This document shows, in pieces, positions 15,001-31,500 of a DNA stretch of 64,000 nucleotides. The notes beneath the pieces are model-generated. The model saw only the letters and a program-made list of their open reading frames with translations. It did no database searches and was not told where the DNA came from. Position 1 is the first letter of the stretch, and every line of letters begins with the position of its first letter. Both the position numbers and the translations under genes were made by a program. The stretch is from assembly GCF_009914755.1 (NCBI RefSeq), contig NC_060937.1, one strand, 5' to 3'. Source of the DNA: the human T2T-CHM13v2.0 reference genome, Homo sapiens.

Positions 15001-17898
15001 AAAGTACCCAAACTATACATTATACACTGTACATAAAATATGAAATTACATCAAATATATATTATATTAGGTACATAAAATATGAAAGTACATCAAATAT
15101 AGATTATATACTGTACATAAAATACCAAAGTACCCCAAATATATATTTTATACAGTACATGAAATATCAAAGTTCACACACTATATATTATATACAGTAC
15201 ATAAAATATCAAAGTACCCAAGGTATATATTCTATACTGTACAAAAAATATCAAAGTACCCAAAGCATGTATTAAATACTGTACATAAAATATGAAAGTA
15301 CATCAAATATATATTTTATTCTGTACATAAAATATCAAAGTACACCAGATATATATTCTATAGTGTACATAAAATATCAAAGTACCCAAAATATACATTA
15401 TAAACTGTACATAAAATATGAAATTACATCAAATATATATTATATTAGGAACATAAAATATGAAAGTACATCAAATATAGATTCTATACTGTACATAAAA
15501 TATCAAAGAACCCCAAATATATATTATATACTCTACATGAAATATCAAAGTTCACAAACTATATATTATATACTGTACATAAAATATCAAAGTACCCAAG
15601 GTGTATATTCTATACTCTACAAAAAATATCAAAGTACCCAAACTATACATTATATACTGTATATAAAATATGAAATTATATCAAATATATATTATATTAG
15701 GTACATAAAATATGAAAGTACATCAAATATAGATTATATACTGTACATAAAATATCAAAGTACCCAAACTATACATTATATACTGTACATAAAATATGAA
15801 ATTACATCAAATATATATTAGGTAAATAAAATATGAAAGTACATCAAATATAGATTATATACTGTACATAAAATATCAAATTACCCCAAATATATATTAT
15901 ATACTCTACATGAAATATCAAAGTTCACAAACTATATATTATATAATGTACATAAAATATCAAAGTACCCAAGGTATATATTCTATACTGTACAAAAAAT
16001 ATCAAAGTATCCAAAGCATGTATTATATACTGTATATAAAATATGAAAGTACATTAAATATATATTTTATTCTGTACATAAAATATCAAAGTACACCAGA
16101 TATATATTCTATAGTGTACATAAAATAACAAAGTACGCAAAATATAAATTATATACTGTACATAAAATATGAAATTACATCAAATATATATTAGGTACAT
16201 AAAATATGAAAGTACATCAAATATAGATTATATTCTGTACATATAATATCAATGTACCCCAAATATATATTTTATACTCTACATGAAATATCAAAGTTCA
16301 CAAACCATACATTATATACTGTACATAAAATATCAAAGTACCCAAGGTATATATTCTATACTGTACAAAAAATATCAAAGTACCCAAAGCATGTATTATA
16401 TACTGTACATAAAATATGAAAGTACATCAAATAGATATTTTATTCTGTACATAAAATATCAAAGTACACCAGATATATATTCTATAGTGTACATAAAATA
16501 TCAAAGTATCCAAACTATACATTATATACTGTACATAAAATATGAAATTACATCAAATATATATTAGGTACATAAAATATGAAAGTACATCAAATATAGA
16601 TTATATACTGTACATAAAATATCAAAGTACCCCAAATATATATTATATACTCTACATGAAATATCAAAGTTCACAACTATATATTATATACTGTACATAA
16701 AATATCAAAGTACCCAAGGTATATATTCTATACTGTACAAAAAATATCAAAGTACCCAAAGCATGTATTATATACTGTATATAAAATATGAAAGTACATT
16801 AAATATATATTTTATTCTGTACATAAAATATCAAAGTACACCAGATATATATTCTATAGTGTACATAAAATAACAAAGTACGCAAACTATACATTATATA
16901 CTGTACATAAAATATGAAATTACATCAAATATATATTAGGTACATAAAATATGAAAGTACATCAAATATAGATTATATACTGTACATATAATATCAATGT
17001 ACCCCAAATATATATTTTATACTCTACATGAAATATCAAAGTTCACAAACCATACATTATATACTGTACATAAAATATCAAAGTACCCAAGGTATATATT
17101 CTATACTGTACAAAAAATATCAAAGTACCCAAAGCATGTTTTATATACTGTACATAAAATATGAAAGTACATCAAATATATATTTTATTCTGTACATAAA
17201 ATATCAAAGTACACCAGATATATATTCTATAGTGTACATAAAATAACAAAGTACACAAACTATACATTATATACTGTACATAAAATATGAAATTACATCA
17301 AATATATATTAGGTAAATAAAATATGAAAGTACATCAAATATAGATTATATACTGTACATAAAATATCAATGTACCCCAAATATATATTTTATACTCTAC
17401 ATGAAATATCAAAGTTCACAAACCATATATTATATAATGTACATAAAATATCAAAGTACCCAAGGTATATATTCTATACTGTACAAAAAATATCAAATTA
17501 CCCAAAGCATTTATTATATACTGTACATAAAATATGAAAGTACATCAAATATATATTTTATTCTGTACATAAAATATCAAAGTACACCAGATATATATTC
17601 TATAGTGTACATAAAATATCAAAGTACCCAAACTATACATTATACACTGTACATAAAATATGAAATTACATCAAATATATATTATATTAGGTACATAAAA
17701 TATGAAAGTACATCAAATATAGATTATATACTGTACATAAAATACCAAAGTACCCCAAATATATATTTTATACTGTACATGAAATATCAAAGTTCACACA
17801 CTATATATTATATACTGTACATAAAATATCAAAGTACCCAAGGTAAATATTCTATACTGTACAAAAAATATCAAAGTACCCAAAGCATGTATTATATA
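6024..17898 (+). repeat. Near-identical tandem duplication, period 5911 bp (2 copies)
   Basis: ORF pairs with identical translations sit at +5911: 7040/12951, 7636/13547, 7719/13630, 8756/14667, 9452/15363, 9999/15910, 10372/16283 and 11117/17028; ORF ends 6760/12671 and starts 11490/17401 share the offset. Private markers such as TATTACTGTA (7861/13772) and GGTAAATATT (11931/17842) are also shared. Confidence 0.93.
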
Positions 17899-20800
17899 TT
17901 GTACATAAAATATGAAAGTACATCAAATATATATTTTATTCTGTACATAAAATATCAAAGTACACCAGATATATATTCTATAGTGTACAAAATATCAAAG
18001 TACCCAAACTATACATTATATACTGTACATAAAATATGAAATTACATCAAATATATATTATATTAGGTACATAAAATATGAAAGTACATCAAATATAGAT
18101 TATATACTGTACATAAAATATCAAATTACCCCAAATATATATTATATACTCTACATGAAATATCAAAGTTCACAAACTATATATTATATACTGTACATAA
18201 AATATCAAAGTACCCAAGGTATATATTCTATACTGTACAAAAAATATCAAAGTATCCAAAGCATGTATTATATACTGTATATAAAATATGAAAGTACATT
18301 AAATATATATTTTATTCTGTACATAAAATATCAAAGTACACCAGATATATATTCTATAGTGTACATAAAATAACAAAGTACGCAAACTATAAATTATATA
18401 CTGTACATAAAATATGAAATTACATCAAATATATATTAGGTACATAAAATATGAAAGTACATCAAATATAGATTATATTCTGTACATATAATATCAACGT
18501 ACCCCAAATATATATTTTATACTCTACATGAAATATCAAAGTTCACAAACCATACATTATATACTGTACATAAAATATCAATGTACACAAGGTATATATT
18601 CTATACTGTACAAAAAATATCAAAGTACCCAAAGCATGTATTATATACTGTACATAAAATATGAAAGTACATCAAATAGATATTTTATTCTGTACATAAA
18701 ATATCAAAGTACACCAGATATATATTTTATTCTGTACATAAAATATCAAAGTACACCAGATATATATTCTATAGTGTACATAAAATATCAAAGTACCCAA
18801 ACTATACATTATATACTGTACATAAAATATGAAATTACATCAAATATATATTATATTAGGTACATAAAATATGAAAGTACATCAAATATAGATTATATAC
18901 TGTACATAAAATATCAAAGTACCCCAAATATATATTATATACTCTACATGAAATATCAAAGTTCACAAACTATATATTATATACTGTAAATAAAATATCA
19001 AAGTACCCAAGGTATATATTCTATACTGTACAAAAAATATCAAAGTATCCAAAGCATGTATTATATACTGTATATAAAATATGAAAGAACATTAAATATA
19101 TATTTTATTCTGTACATAAAATATCAAAGTACACCAGATATATATTCTATAGTGTACATAAAATAACAAAGTACGCAAACTATAAATTATATACTGTACA
19201 TAAAATATGAAATTACATCAAATATATATTAGGTACATAAAATATGAAAGTACATCAAATATAGATTATATACTGTACATAAAATATCAATGTACCCCAA
19301 ATATATATTTTATACTCTACATGAAATATCAAAGTTCACAAACCATATATTATATACTGTACATAAAATATCAAAGTACCCAAGGTATATATTCTATACT
19401 GTACAAAAAATATCAAAGTACCCAAAGCATGTATTATATACTGTACATAAAATATGAAATTACATCAAATATATATTTTATTCTGTACATAAAATATCAA
19501 AGTACACCAGATATATATTCTATAGTGTACATAAAATATCAAAGTACCCAAACTATTTATTATATACTGTACATAAAATATGAAATTACATCAAATATAT
19601 ATTATATTAGGTACATAAAATATGAAAGTACATCAAATATAGATTATATACTGTACATGAAATACCAAAGTACCCCTAATATATATTTTATACGGTACAT
19701 GAAATATCAAAGTTCACAAACTATATATTATATACTGTATATAAAATATCAAAGTACCCAAGGTATATATTCTATACTGTACAAAAAATATCATAGTACC
19801 CAAAGCATGTATTATATACTGTACATAAATTATGAAAGTACATCAAATATATATTTTATTCTGTACATAAAATATCAAAGTACACCAGATATATATTCTA
19901 TAGTGTACATAAAATATCAAAGTACCCAAACTATACATTATATACTGTACATAAAATATGAAATTACATCAAATTTATATTAGGTACATAAAATATGAAA
20001 GTACATCAAATATAGATTATATACTGTACATAAAATATCAAAGTACCCCAAATATATATTATATACTATACATGAAATATAAAAGTTCACAAACTATATA
20101 TTATATACTGTACATAAAATATCCAAGTACCCAAGTTATATATTCTATACTGTACAAAAAATATCAACGTACCCAAAGCATGTATTATATACTCTATATA
20201 AAATATGAAAGTACATCACATATATATTTTATTCTGTACATAAAATATCAAAGTACACCAGATATATATTCTATAGTGTACATAAAATAACAAAGTACAA
20301 AAACTATAAATTATATGCTGTACATAAAATATGAAATTACATCAAATATATATTAGGTACATAAAATATGAAAGTACATCAAATATAGATTATATACTGT
20401 ACATAAAATATCAATGTACCCCAAATATATATTTTATACTCTACATGAAATATCAAAGTTCACAAACCGTATATTATATACTGTACATAAAATATCAAAG
20501 TACCCAAGGCATATATTCTATACTGTACAAAAAATATCAAAGTACCCAAAGCATGTATTATATACTGTACATAAAATATGAAAGTACATCAAATATATAT
20601 TTTATTCTGTACATAAAATATCAAAGTACACCAGATATATATTCTATAGTGTACATAAAATATCAAAGTACCCAAACTATACATTATATACTGTACATAA
20701 AATATGAAATTACATCAAATATATATTATATTAGGTTCATAAAATATGAAAGCACATCAAATATAGATTATATACTGTACATTAAATACCAAAGTACCCC

Positions 20801-22559
20801 AAATATATATTTTATACTGTACATCAAATATCAAAGTTCACAAACTATATATTATATACTGTACATAAAATATCAAAGTACCCATGGTATATATTCTACA
20901 CTGTACAAAAAATATGAAAGTACCCAAAGCATGTGTTATATACTGTATATAAAATATGAAAGTACATCACATATATATTTTATTCTGTACATAAAATATC
21001 AAAGTACACCAGATATATATTCTATAGTGAACATAAAATAACAAAGTACAAAAACTATAAATTATATGCTGTACATAAAATATGAAATTACATCAAATAT
21101 ATATTAGGTACATAAAATGTGAAAGTACATCAAATATAGATTATATAGTGTACATAAAATATCAATGTACCCCAAATATATATTTTATACTCTACATGAA
21201 ATATCAAAGTTCACAAACCATACATTATATACTGCACATAAAATATCAAAGTACCCAAGGTATATATTCTACACTGTACAAAAAATATCAAAGTACCCAA
21301 AGCATGTATTATATACTGTACATAAAATATGAAACTACATCAAATATATATTTTATTCTGTACATAAAATATCAAAGTACACCAGATATATATTCTATAG
21401 TGTACATAAAATATCAACGTACCCAAACTATACATTATATACTGTACATAAAATATGAAATTACATCAAATATATATTATATTAGGTACATAAAATATGA
21501 AAGCACATCAAATATAGATTATATACTGTACTTTAAATACCAAAATACCCCAAATATATACTTTATACTGTACATCAAATATCAAAGTTCACAAACTATA
21601 TATTATATACTGTACATAAAATATCAAAGTACCCATGGTATATATTCTATACTGTACAAAAAATATCAAAGTACCCAAAGCATGTATTATATACGGTACA
21701 TAAAATATGAAAGTACATCAAATATATATTTTATTCTGCACATAAAATATCAAAGTACACCAGATATATATTCTATAGTGTACATAAAATATAAAAGTAC
21801 CCAAACTATACATTATATACTGTACATAAAATATGAAATTACCTCAAATATATATTAGGTACATAAAATATGAAAGTACATCAAATATAGATTATATACT
21901 GTACATAAAATATCAAAGTACCCCAAATATATATTATATACTCTACATGAAATATCAAAGTTCACAAACTATATATTATATACTGTACATAAAATATCCA
22001 AGTACCCAAGGTATATATTCTATACTGTACAAAAATATCAACGTACCCAAAGCATGTATTATATACTCTATATAAAATATGAAAGTACATCACATATATA
22101 TTTTATTCTGTACATAAAATATCAAACTACACCAGATATATATTCTATAGTGTACATAAAATAACAAAGTACAAAAACTATAAATTATATGCTGTACATA
22201 AAATATGAAATTACATCAAATATATATTAGGTACATAAAATATGAAAGTACATCAAATATAGATTATATACTGTACATAAAATATCAATGTACCCCAAAT
22301 ATATATTTTATACTCTACATGAAATATCAAAGTTCACAAACCATATATTATATACTGTACATAAAATATCAAAGTACCCAAGGTATATATTCTATACTGT
22401 ACAAAAAATATCAAAGTACCCAAAGCATGTATTATATACTGTACATAAAATATGAAAGTACATCAAATATATATTTTATTCTGTACATAAAATATCAAAG
22501 TACACCAGATATATATTCTATAGTGTACATAAAATATCAAAATACCCAAACTATACATT

Positions 22560-25500
22560 ATATACTGTACATAAAATATGAAATTACATCAAATATATAT
22601 TATATTAGGTACATAAAATATGAAAGCACATCAAATATAGATTATATACTGTATATTAAATACCAAAGTACCCCAAATATATATTTTATACTGTACATCA
22701 AATATCAAAGTTCACAAACTATATATTATATACTGTACATAAAATATCAAAGTACCCATGGTATATATTCTACACTGTACAAAAAATATCAAAGTACCCA
22801 AAGCATGTATTATATACTGTATATAAAATATGAAATTACATCACATATATATTTTATTCTGTACATAAAATATCAAAGTACACCAGATATATATTCTATA
22901 GTGTACATAAAATAACAAAGTACAAAAATTATAAATTATATGCTGTACATAAAATATGAAATTACCTCAAATATATATTAGGTACATAAAATATGAAAGT
23001 ACATCAAATATAGATTATATACTGTACATAAAATATCAATGTACCCCAAATATATATTTTATACTCTACATGAAATATCAAAGTTCACAAACCATATATT
23101 ATATACTGTACATAAAATATCAAAGTACCCAAGGTATATATTCTATACTGTACAAAAAATATCAAAGTACCCAAAGCATGTATTATATACTGTACATAAA
23201 ATATGAAACTACATCAAATATATATTTTATTCTGTACATAAAATATCAAAGTACACCAGATATATATTCTATAGTGTACATAAAATATCAACGTACCCAA
23301 ACTATACTTTATATACTGTACATAAAATATGAAATTACATCAAATATATATTATATTAGGTACATAAAATATGAAAGCACATCAAATATAGATTATATAC
23401 TATACTTTAAATACCAAAATACCCCAAATATATATTTTATACTGTACATCAAATATCAAAGTTCACAAACTATATATTATATACTGTACATAAAATATCA
23501 AAGTACCCATGGTATATATTCTATACTGTACAAAAAATATCAAAGTACCCAAAGCATGTATTATATACTGTAAATAAAATATGAAAGTACATCAAATATA
23601 TATTTTATTCTGTACATAAAATATCAAAGTACACCAGATATATATTCTATAGTGTACATAAAATATAAAAGTACCCAAACTATACATTATATACTGTACA
23701 TAAAATATGAAATTACATCAAATATATATTAGGTACATAAAATATGAAAGTACATCAAATATAGATTATATACTGTACATAAAATATCAAAGTACCCCAA
23801 ATATATATTATATACTCTTCATGAAATATCAAAGTTCACAACTATATATTATATACTGTACATAAAATATCAAACTACCCAAGGTATATATTCTATACTG
23901 TACAAAAAATATCAAAGTACCCAAAGCATGTATTATATACTGTATATAAAATATGAAAGTACATTAAATATATATTTTATTCTGTACATAAAATATCAAA
24001 GTACACCAGATATATATTCTATAGTGTACATAAAATAACAAAGTACACAAACTATAAATTATATACTGTACATAAAATATGAAATTACATCAAATATATA
24101 TTAGGTACATAAAATATGAAAGTACATCAAATATAGATTATATACTGTACATATAATATCAATGTACCCCAAATATATATTTTATACTCTAGATGAAATA
24201 TCAAAGTTCACAAACCATACATTATATACTGCACATAAAATATCAAAGTACCCAAGGTATATATTCTATACTGTACAAAAAATATCAAAGTACCCAAAGC
24301 ATGTATTTTATACTGTACATAAAATATGAAAGTACATCAAATATATATTTTATTCTGTACATAAAATATCAAAGTACACCAGATATATATTCTATAGTGT
24401 ACATAAAATATCAAAGTACCCAAACTATACATTATATACTGTACATAAAATATGAAATTACATCAAATATATATTAGGTACATAAAATATGAAAGTACAT
24501 CAAATATAGATTATATACTGTACATAAAATATCAATGTACCCCAAATATATATTTTATACTCTACATGAAATATCAAAGTTCACAAACCATATATTATAT
24601 AATGTACATAAAATATCAAAGTACCCAAGGTATATATTCTATACTGTACAAAAAATATCAAATTACCCAAAGCATTTATTATATACTGTACATAAAATAT
24701 GAAAGTACATCAAATATATATTTTATTCTGTACATAAAATATCAAAGTACACCAGATATATATTCTATAGTGTACATAAAATATCAAAGTACCCAAACTA
24801 TACATTATACACTGTACATAAAATATGAAATTACATCAAATATATATTATATTAGGTACATAAAATATGAAAGTACATCAAATATAGATTATATACTGTA
24901 CATAAAATACCAAAGTACCCCAAATATATATTTTATACTGTACATGAAATATCAAAGTTCACACACTATATATTATATACTGTACATAAATTATCAAAGT
25001 ACCCAAGGTATATATTCTATACTGTACAAAAAATATCAAAGTACCCAAAGCATGTATTATATACTGTATATAAAATATGAAAGTACATCAAATATATATT
25101 TTATTCTGTACATAAAATATCAAAGTACACCAGATATATATTCTATAGTGTACATAAAATATCAATGTACCCAAACTATACATTATATACTGTACATAAA
25201 ATATGAAATTACATCAAATATATATTATATTAGGTACATAAAATATGAAAGTACATCAAATATAGATTATACACTGTACATAAAATATCAAAGTACCCCA
25301 AATATATATTATATACTGTACATGAAATATCAAAGTTCACAAACTATATATTATATACTGTACATAAAATATCAAAGTACCCAAGGTATATATTCTATAG
25401 TGTACAAAAAATATGAAAGTACCCAAAGCATGTATTATATACTGTATATAAAATATGAAAGTACATTAAATATATATTTTATTCTGTACATAAAATATCA

Positions 25501-28500
25501 AAGTACACCAGATATATATTCTATAGTGTACATAAAATAACAAAGTACGCAAACTATAAATTATATACTGTACATAACATATGAAATTACATCAAATATA
25601 TATTAGGTACATAAAATATGAAAGTACATCAAATATAGATTATATACTGTACATAAAATATCAATGTACCCCAAGTATATATTTTATACTCTACATGAAA
25701 TATCAAAGTTCACAAACCATATATTATATACTGTACATAAAATATCAAAGTACCCAAGGTATATATTCTATACTGTACAAAAAATATCAAAGTACCCAAA
25801 GCATGTATTATATACTGTACATAAAATATGAAAGTACATCAAATAAATATTTTATTCTGTACATAAAATATCAAAGTACACCAGATAAATATTCTATAGT
25901 GTACATAAAATATCAAAATACCCAAACTATTGATTATATACTGTACATAAAATATGAAATTACATCAAATATATATTATATTAGGTACATAAAATATGAA
26001 AGTACATCAAATATAGATTATATACTGTACATGAAATACCAAAGTACCCCAAATATATATTTTATACGGTAAATGAAATATCAAAGTTCACAAACTATAT
26101 ATTATATACTGTATATAAAATATCAAAGTACCCAAGGTATATATTCTATACTGTACAAAAAATATCAAAGTACCCAAAGCATGTATTATATACTGTACAT
26201 AAAATATGAAAGTACATCAAATATATATTTTATTCTGTACAGAAAATATCAAAGTACACCAGATATATATTCTATAGTGTACATAAAATATCAAAGTACC
26301 CAAACTATACATTATATACTGTACATAAAATATGAAATTACATCAAATTTATATTAGGTACATAAAATATGAAAGTACATCAAATATAGATTATATACTG
26401 TACATAAAATATCAAAGTACCCCAAATATATATTATATACTCTACATGAAAAATCAAAGTTCACAAACTATATATTATATACTGTACATAAAATATCCAA
26501 GTACCCAAGGTATATATTCTATACTGTACAAAAAATATCAACGTACCCAAAGCATGTATTATATACTCTATATAAAATATGAAAGTACATCACATATATA
26601 TTTTATTCTGTACATAAAATATCAAAGTACACCAGATATATATTCTATAGTGTACATAAAATAACAAAGTACACAAACTATAAATTATATGCTGTACATA
26701 AAATATGAAATTACATCAAATATATATTAGGTACATAAAATATGAAAGTACATCAAATATAGATTATATACTGTACATAAAATATCAATGTACCCCAAAT
26801 ATATATTTTATACTCTACATGAAATATCAAAGTTCACAAACCATATATTATATACTGTACATAAAATATTAAAGTACCCAAGGTATATATTCTATACTGT
26901 ACAAAAAATATCAAAGTACCCAAAGCATGTATTATATACTGTACATAAAATATGAAAGTACATCAAATATATATTTTATTCTGTACATAAAATATCAAAG
27001 TACACCAGATATATATTCTATAGTGTACATAAAATATCAAAGTACCCAAACTATACATTATATACTGTACATAAAATATGAAATTACATCAAATATATAT
27101 TATATTAGGTACATAAAATATGAAAGCACATCAAATATAGATTATATACTGTACATAAAATACCAAAGTACCCCAAATATATATTTTATACTGTACATCA
27201 AATATCAAAGTTCACAAACTATATATTATATACTGTACATAAAATATCAAAGTACCCATGGTATATATTCTACACTGTACAAAAAATATCAAAGTACCCA
27301 AAGCATGTATTATATACTGTATATAAAATATGAAAGTACATCACATATATATTTTATTCCGTACATAAAATATCAAAGTACACCAGATATATATTCTATA
27401 GTGTACATAAAATAACAAAGTTCAAAAACTATAAATTATATGCTGTACATAAAATATGATATTACATCAAATATATATTAGGTACATAAAATATGAAAGT
27501 ACATCAAATATAGATTATATACTGTACATAAAATATCAATGTACCCCAAATATATATTTTATACTCTACATGAAATATGAAAGTTCACAAACCATATATT
27601 ATATACTGTACATAAAATATCAAAGTACCCAAGGTATATATTCTATACTGTACAAAAAATATCAAAGTACACAAAGCATGTATTATATATTTACATGAAA
27701 TATGAAACTACATCAAATATATATTTTATTCTGTACATAAAATATGAAAGTACACCAGATATATATTCTATAGTGTACATAAAATATCAACGTACCCAAA
27801 CTATACATTATATACTGTACATAAAATATGAAATTACATCAAATATATATTATATTAGGTACATAAAATATGAAAGCACATCAAATATAGATTATATACT
27901 GTACTTTAAATACCAAAGTACCCCAAATATATATTTTATACTGTACATCAAATATCAAAGTTCACAAACTATATATTATATACTGTACATAAAATATCAA
28001 AGTACCAATGGTATATATTCTATACTGTACAAAAAATATCAAAGTACCCAAAGCATGTATTATATACTGTACATAAAATATGAAAGTACATCAAATATAT
28101 ATTTTATTCTGTACATAAAATATCAAAGTACACCAGATATATATTCTATAGTGTACATAAAATATCAAAGTACCCAAACTATACATTATATACTGTACAT
28201 AAAATATGAAATTACATCAAATATATATTATATTAGGTACATAAAATATGAAAGCACATCAAATATAGATTATATACTGTACATTAAATACCAAAGTACC
28301 CCAAATATATATTTTATACTGTACATCAAATATCAAAGTTCACAAACTATATATTATATACTGTACATAAAATATCAAAGTACCCATGGTATATATTCTA
28401 CACTGTACAAAAAATATCAAAGTACCCAAAGCATGTATTATATACTGTATATAAAATATGAAAGTACATCACATATATATTTTATTCTGTACATAAAATA

Positions 28501-31500
28501 TCAAAGTACACCAGATATATATTCTATAGTGTACATAAAATAACAAAGTACAAAAACTATAAATTATATGCTGTACATAAAATATGAAATTACCTCAAAT
28601 ATATATTAGGTACATAAAATATGAAAGTACATCAAATATAGATTATATACTGTACATAAAATATCAATGTACCCCAAATATATATTTTATACTCTACATG
28701 AAATATCAAAGTTCACAAACCATATATTATATACTGTACATAAAATATCAAAGTACCCAAGGTATATATTCTATACTGTACAAAAAATATCAAAGTACCC
28801 AAAGCATGTATTATATACTGTACATAAAATATGAAACTACATCAAATATATATTTTATTCTGTACATAAAATATCAAAGTACACCAGATATATATTCTAT
28901 AGTGTACATAAAATATCAACGTACCCAAACTATACTTTATATACTGTACATAAAATATGAAATTACATCAAATATATATTATATTAGGTACATAAAATAT
29001 GAAAGCACATCAAATATAGATTATATACTGTACTTTAAATACCAAAATACCCCAAATATATATTTTATACTGTACATCAAATATCAAAGTTCACAAACTA
29101 TATATTATATACTGTACATAAAATATCAAAGTACCCATGGTATATATTCTATACTGTACAAAAAATATCAAAGTACCCAAAGCATGTATTATATACTGTA
29201 AATAAAATATGAAAGTACATCAAATATATATTTTATTCTGTACATAAAATATCAAAGTACACCAGATATATATTCTATAGTGTACATAAAATATAAAAGT
29301 ACCCAAACTATACATTATATACTGTACATAAAATATGAAATTACATCAAATATATATTAGGTACATAAAATATGAAAGTACATCAAATATAGATTATATA
29401 CTGTACATAAAATATCAAAGTACCCCAAATATATATTATATACTCTACATAAAATATCAAAGTTCACAACTATATATTATATACTGTACATAAAATATCA
29501 AACTACCCAAGGTATTTATTCTATACTGTACAAAAAATATCAAAGTACCCAAAGCATGTATTATATACTGTATATAAAATATGAAAGTACATTAAATATA
29601 TATTTTATTCTGTACATAAAATATCAAAGTACACCAGATATATATTCTATAGTGTACATAAAATAACAAAGTACACAAACTATAAATTATATACTGTACA
29701 TAAAATATGAAATTACATCAAATATATATTAGGTACATAAAATATGAAAGTACATCAAATATAGATTATATACTGTACATATAATATCAATGTACCCCAA
29801 ATATATATTTTATACTCTAGATGAAATATCAAAGTTCACAAACCATACATTATATACTGCACATAAAATATCAAAGTACCCAAGGTATATATTCTATACT
29901 GTACAAAAAATATCAAAGTACCCAAAGCATGTATTTTATACTGTACATAAAATATGAAAGTACATCAAATATATATTTTATTCTGTACATAAAATATCAA
30001 AGTACACCAGATATATATTCTATAGTGCACATAAAATATCAAAGTACCCAAACTATACATTATATACTGTACATAAAATATGAAATTACATCAAATATAT
30101 ATTAGGTACATAAAATATGAAAGTACATCAAATATAGATTATATACTGTACATAAAATATCAATGTACCCCAAATATATATTTTATACTCTACATGAAAT
30201 ATCAAAGTTCACAAACCATATATTATATAATGTACATAAAATATCAAAGTACCCAAGGTATATATTCTATACTGTACAAAAAATATCAAATTACCCAAAT
30301 CATTTATTATATACTGTACATAAAATATGAAAGTACATCAAATATATATTTTATTCTGTACATAAAATATCAAAGTACACCAGATATATATTCTATAGTG
30401 TACATAAAATATCAAAGTACCCAAACTATACATTATACACTGTACATAAAATATGAAATTACATCAAATATATATTATATTAGGTACATAAAATATGAAA
30501 GTACATCAAATATAGATTATATACTGTACATAAAATACCAAAGTACCCCAAATATATATTTTATACTGTACATCAAATATCAAAGTTCACACACTATATA
30601 TTATATACTGTACATAAATTATCAAAGTACCCAAGGTATATATTCTATACTGTACAAAAAATATCAAAGTACCCAAAGCATGTATTATATATTGTACATA
30701 AAATATGAAAGTACATCAAATATATATTTTATTCTGTACATAAAATATCAAAGTACACCAGATATATATTCTATAGTGTACATGAAATATCAACGTACCC
30801 AAACTATACATTATATACTGTACATAAAATATGAAATTACATCAAATATATATTATATTAGGTACATAAAATATGAAAGTACATCAAATATAGATTATAT
30901 ACTGTACATAAAATATCAAAGTACCCCAAATATATATTATATACTCTACATGAAATATCAAAGTTCACAAACTATATATTATATACTGTACATAAAATAT
31001 CAAAGTACCCAAGGTATATATTCTATACTGTACAAAAAATATCAAAGTATCCAAAGCATGTATTATATACTGTATATAAAATATGAAAGTACATTAAATA
31101 TATATTTTATTCTGTACATAAAATATCAAAGTACACCAGATATATATTCTATAGTGTACATAAAATAACAAAGTACGCAAACTATAAATTATATACTGTA
31201 CATAAAATATGAAATTACATCAAATATATATTAGGTACATAAAATATGAAAGTACATCAAATATAGATTATATACTGTACATAAAATATCAATGTACCCC
31301 AAGTATATATTTTATACTCTACATGAAATATCAAAGTTCACAAACCATATATTATATACTGTACATAAAATATCAAAGTACCCAAGGTATATATTCTATA
31401 CTGTACAAAAAATATCAAAGTACCCAAAGCATGTATTATATACTGTACATAAAATATGAAAGTACATCAAATAAATATTTTATTCTGTACATAAAATATC

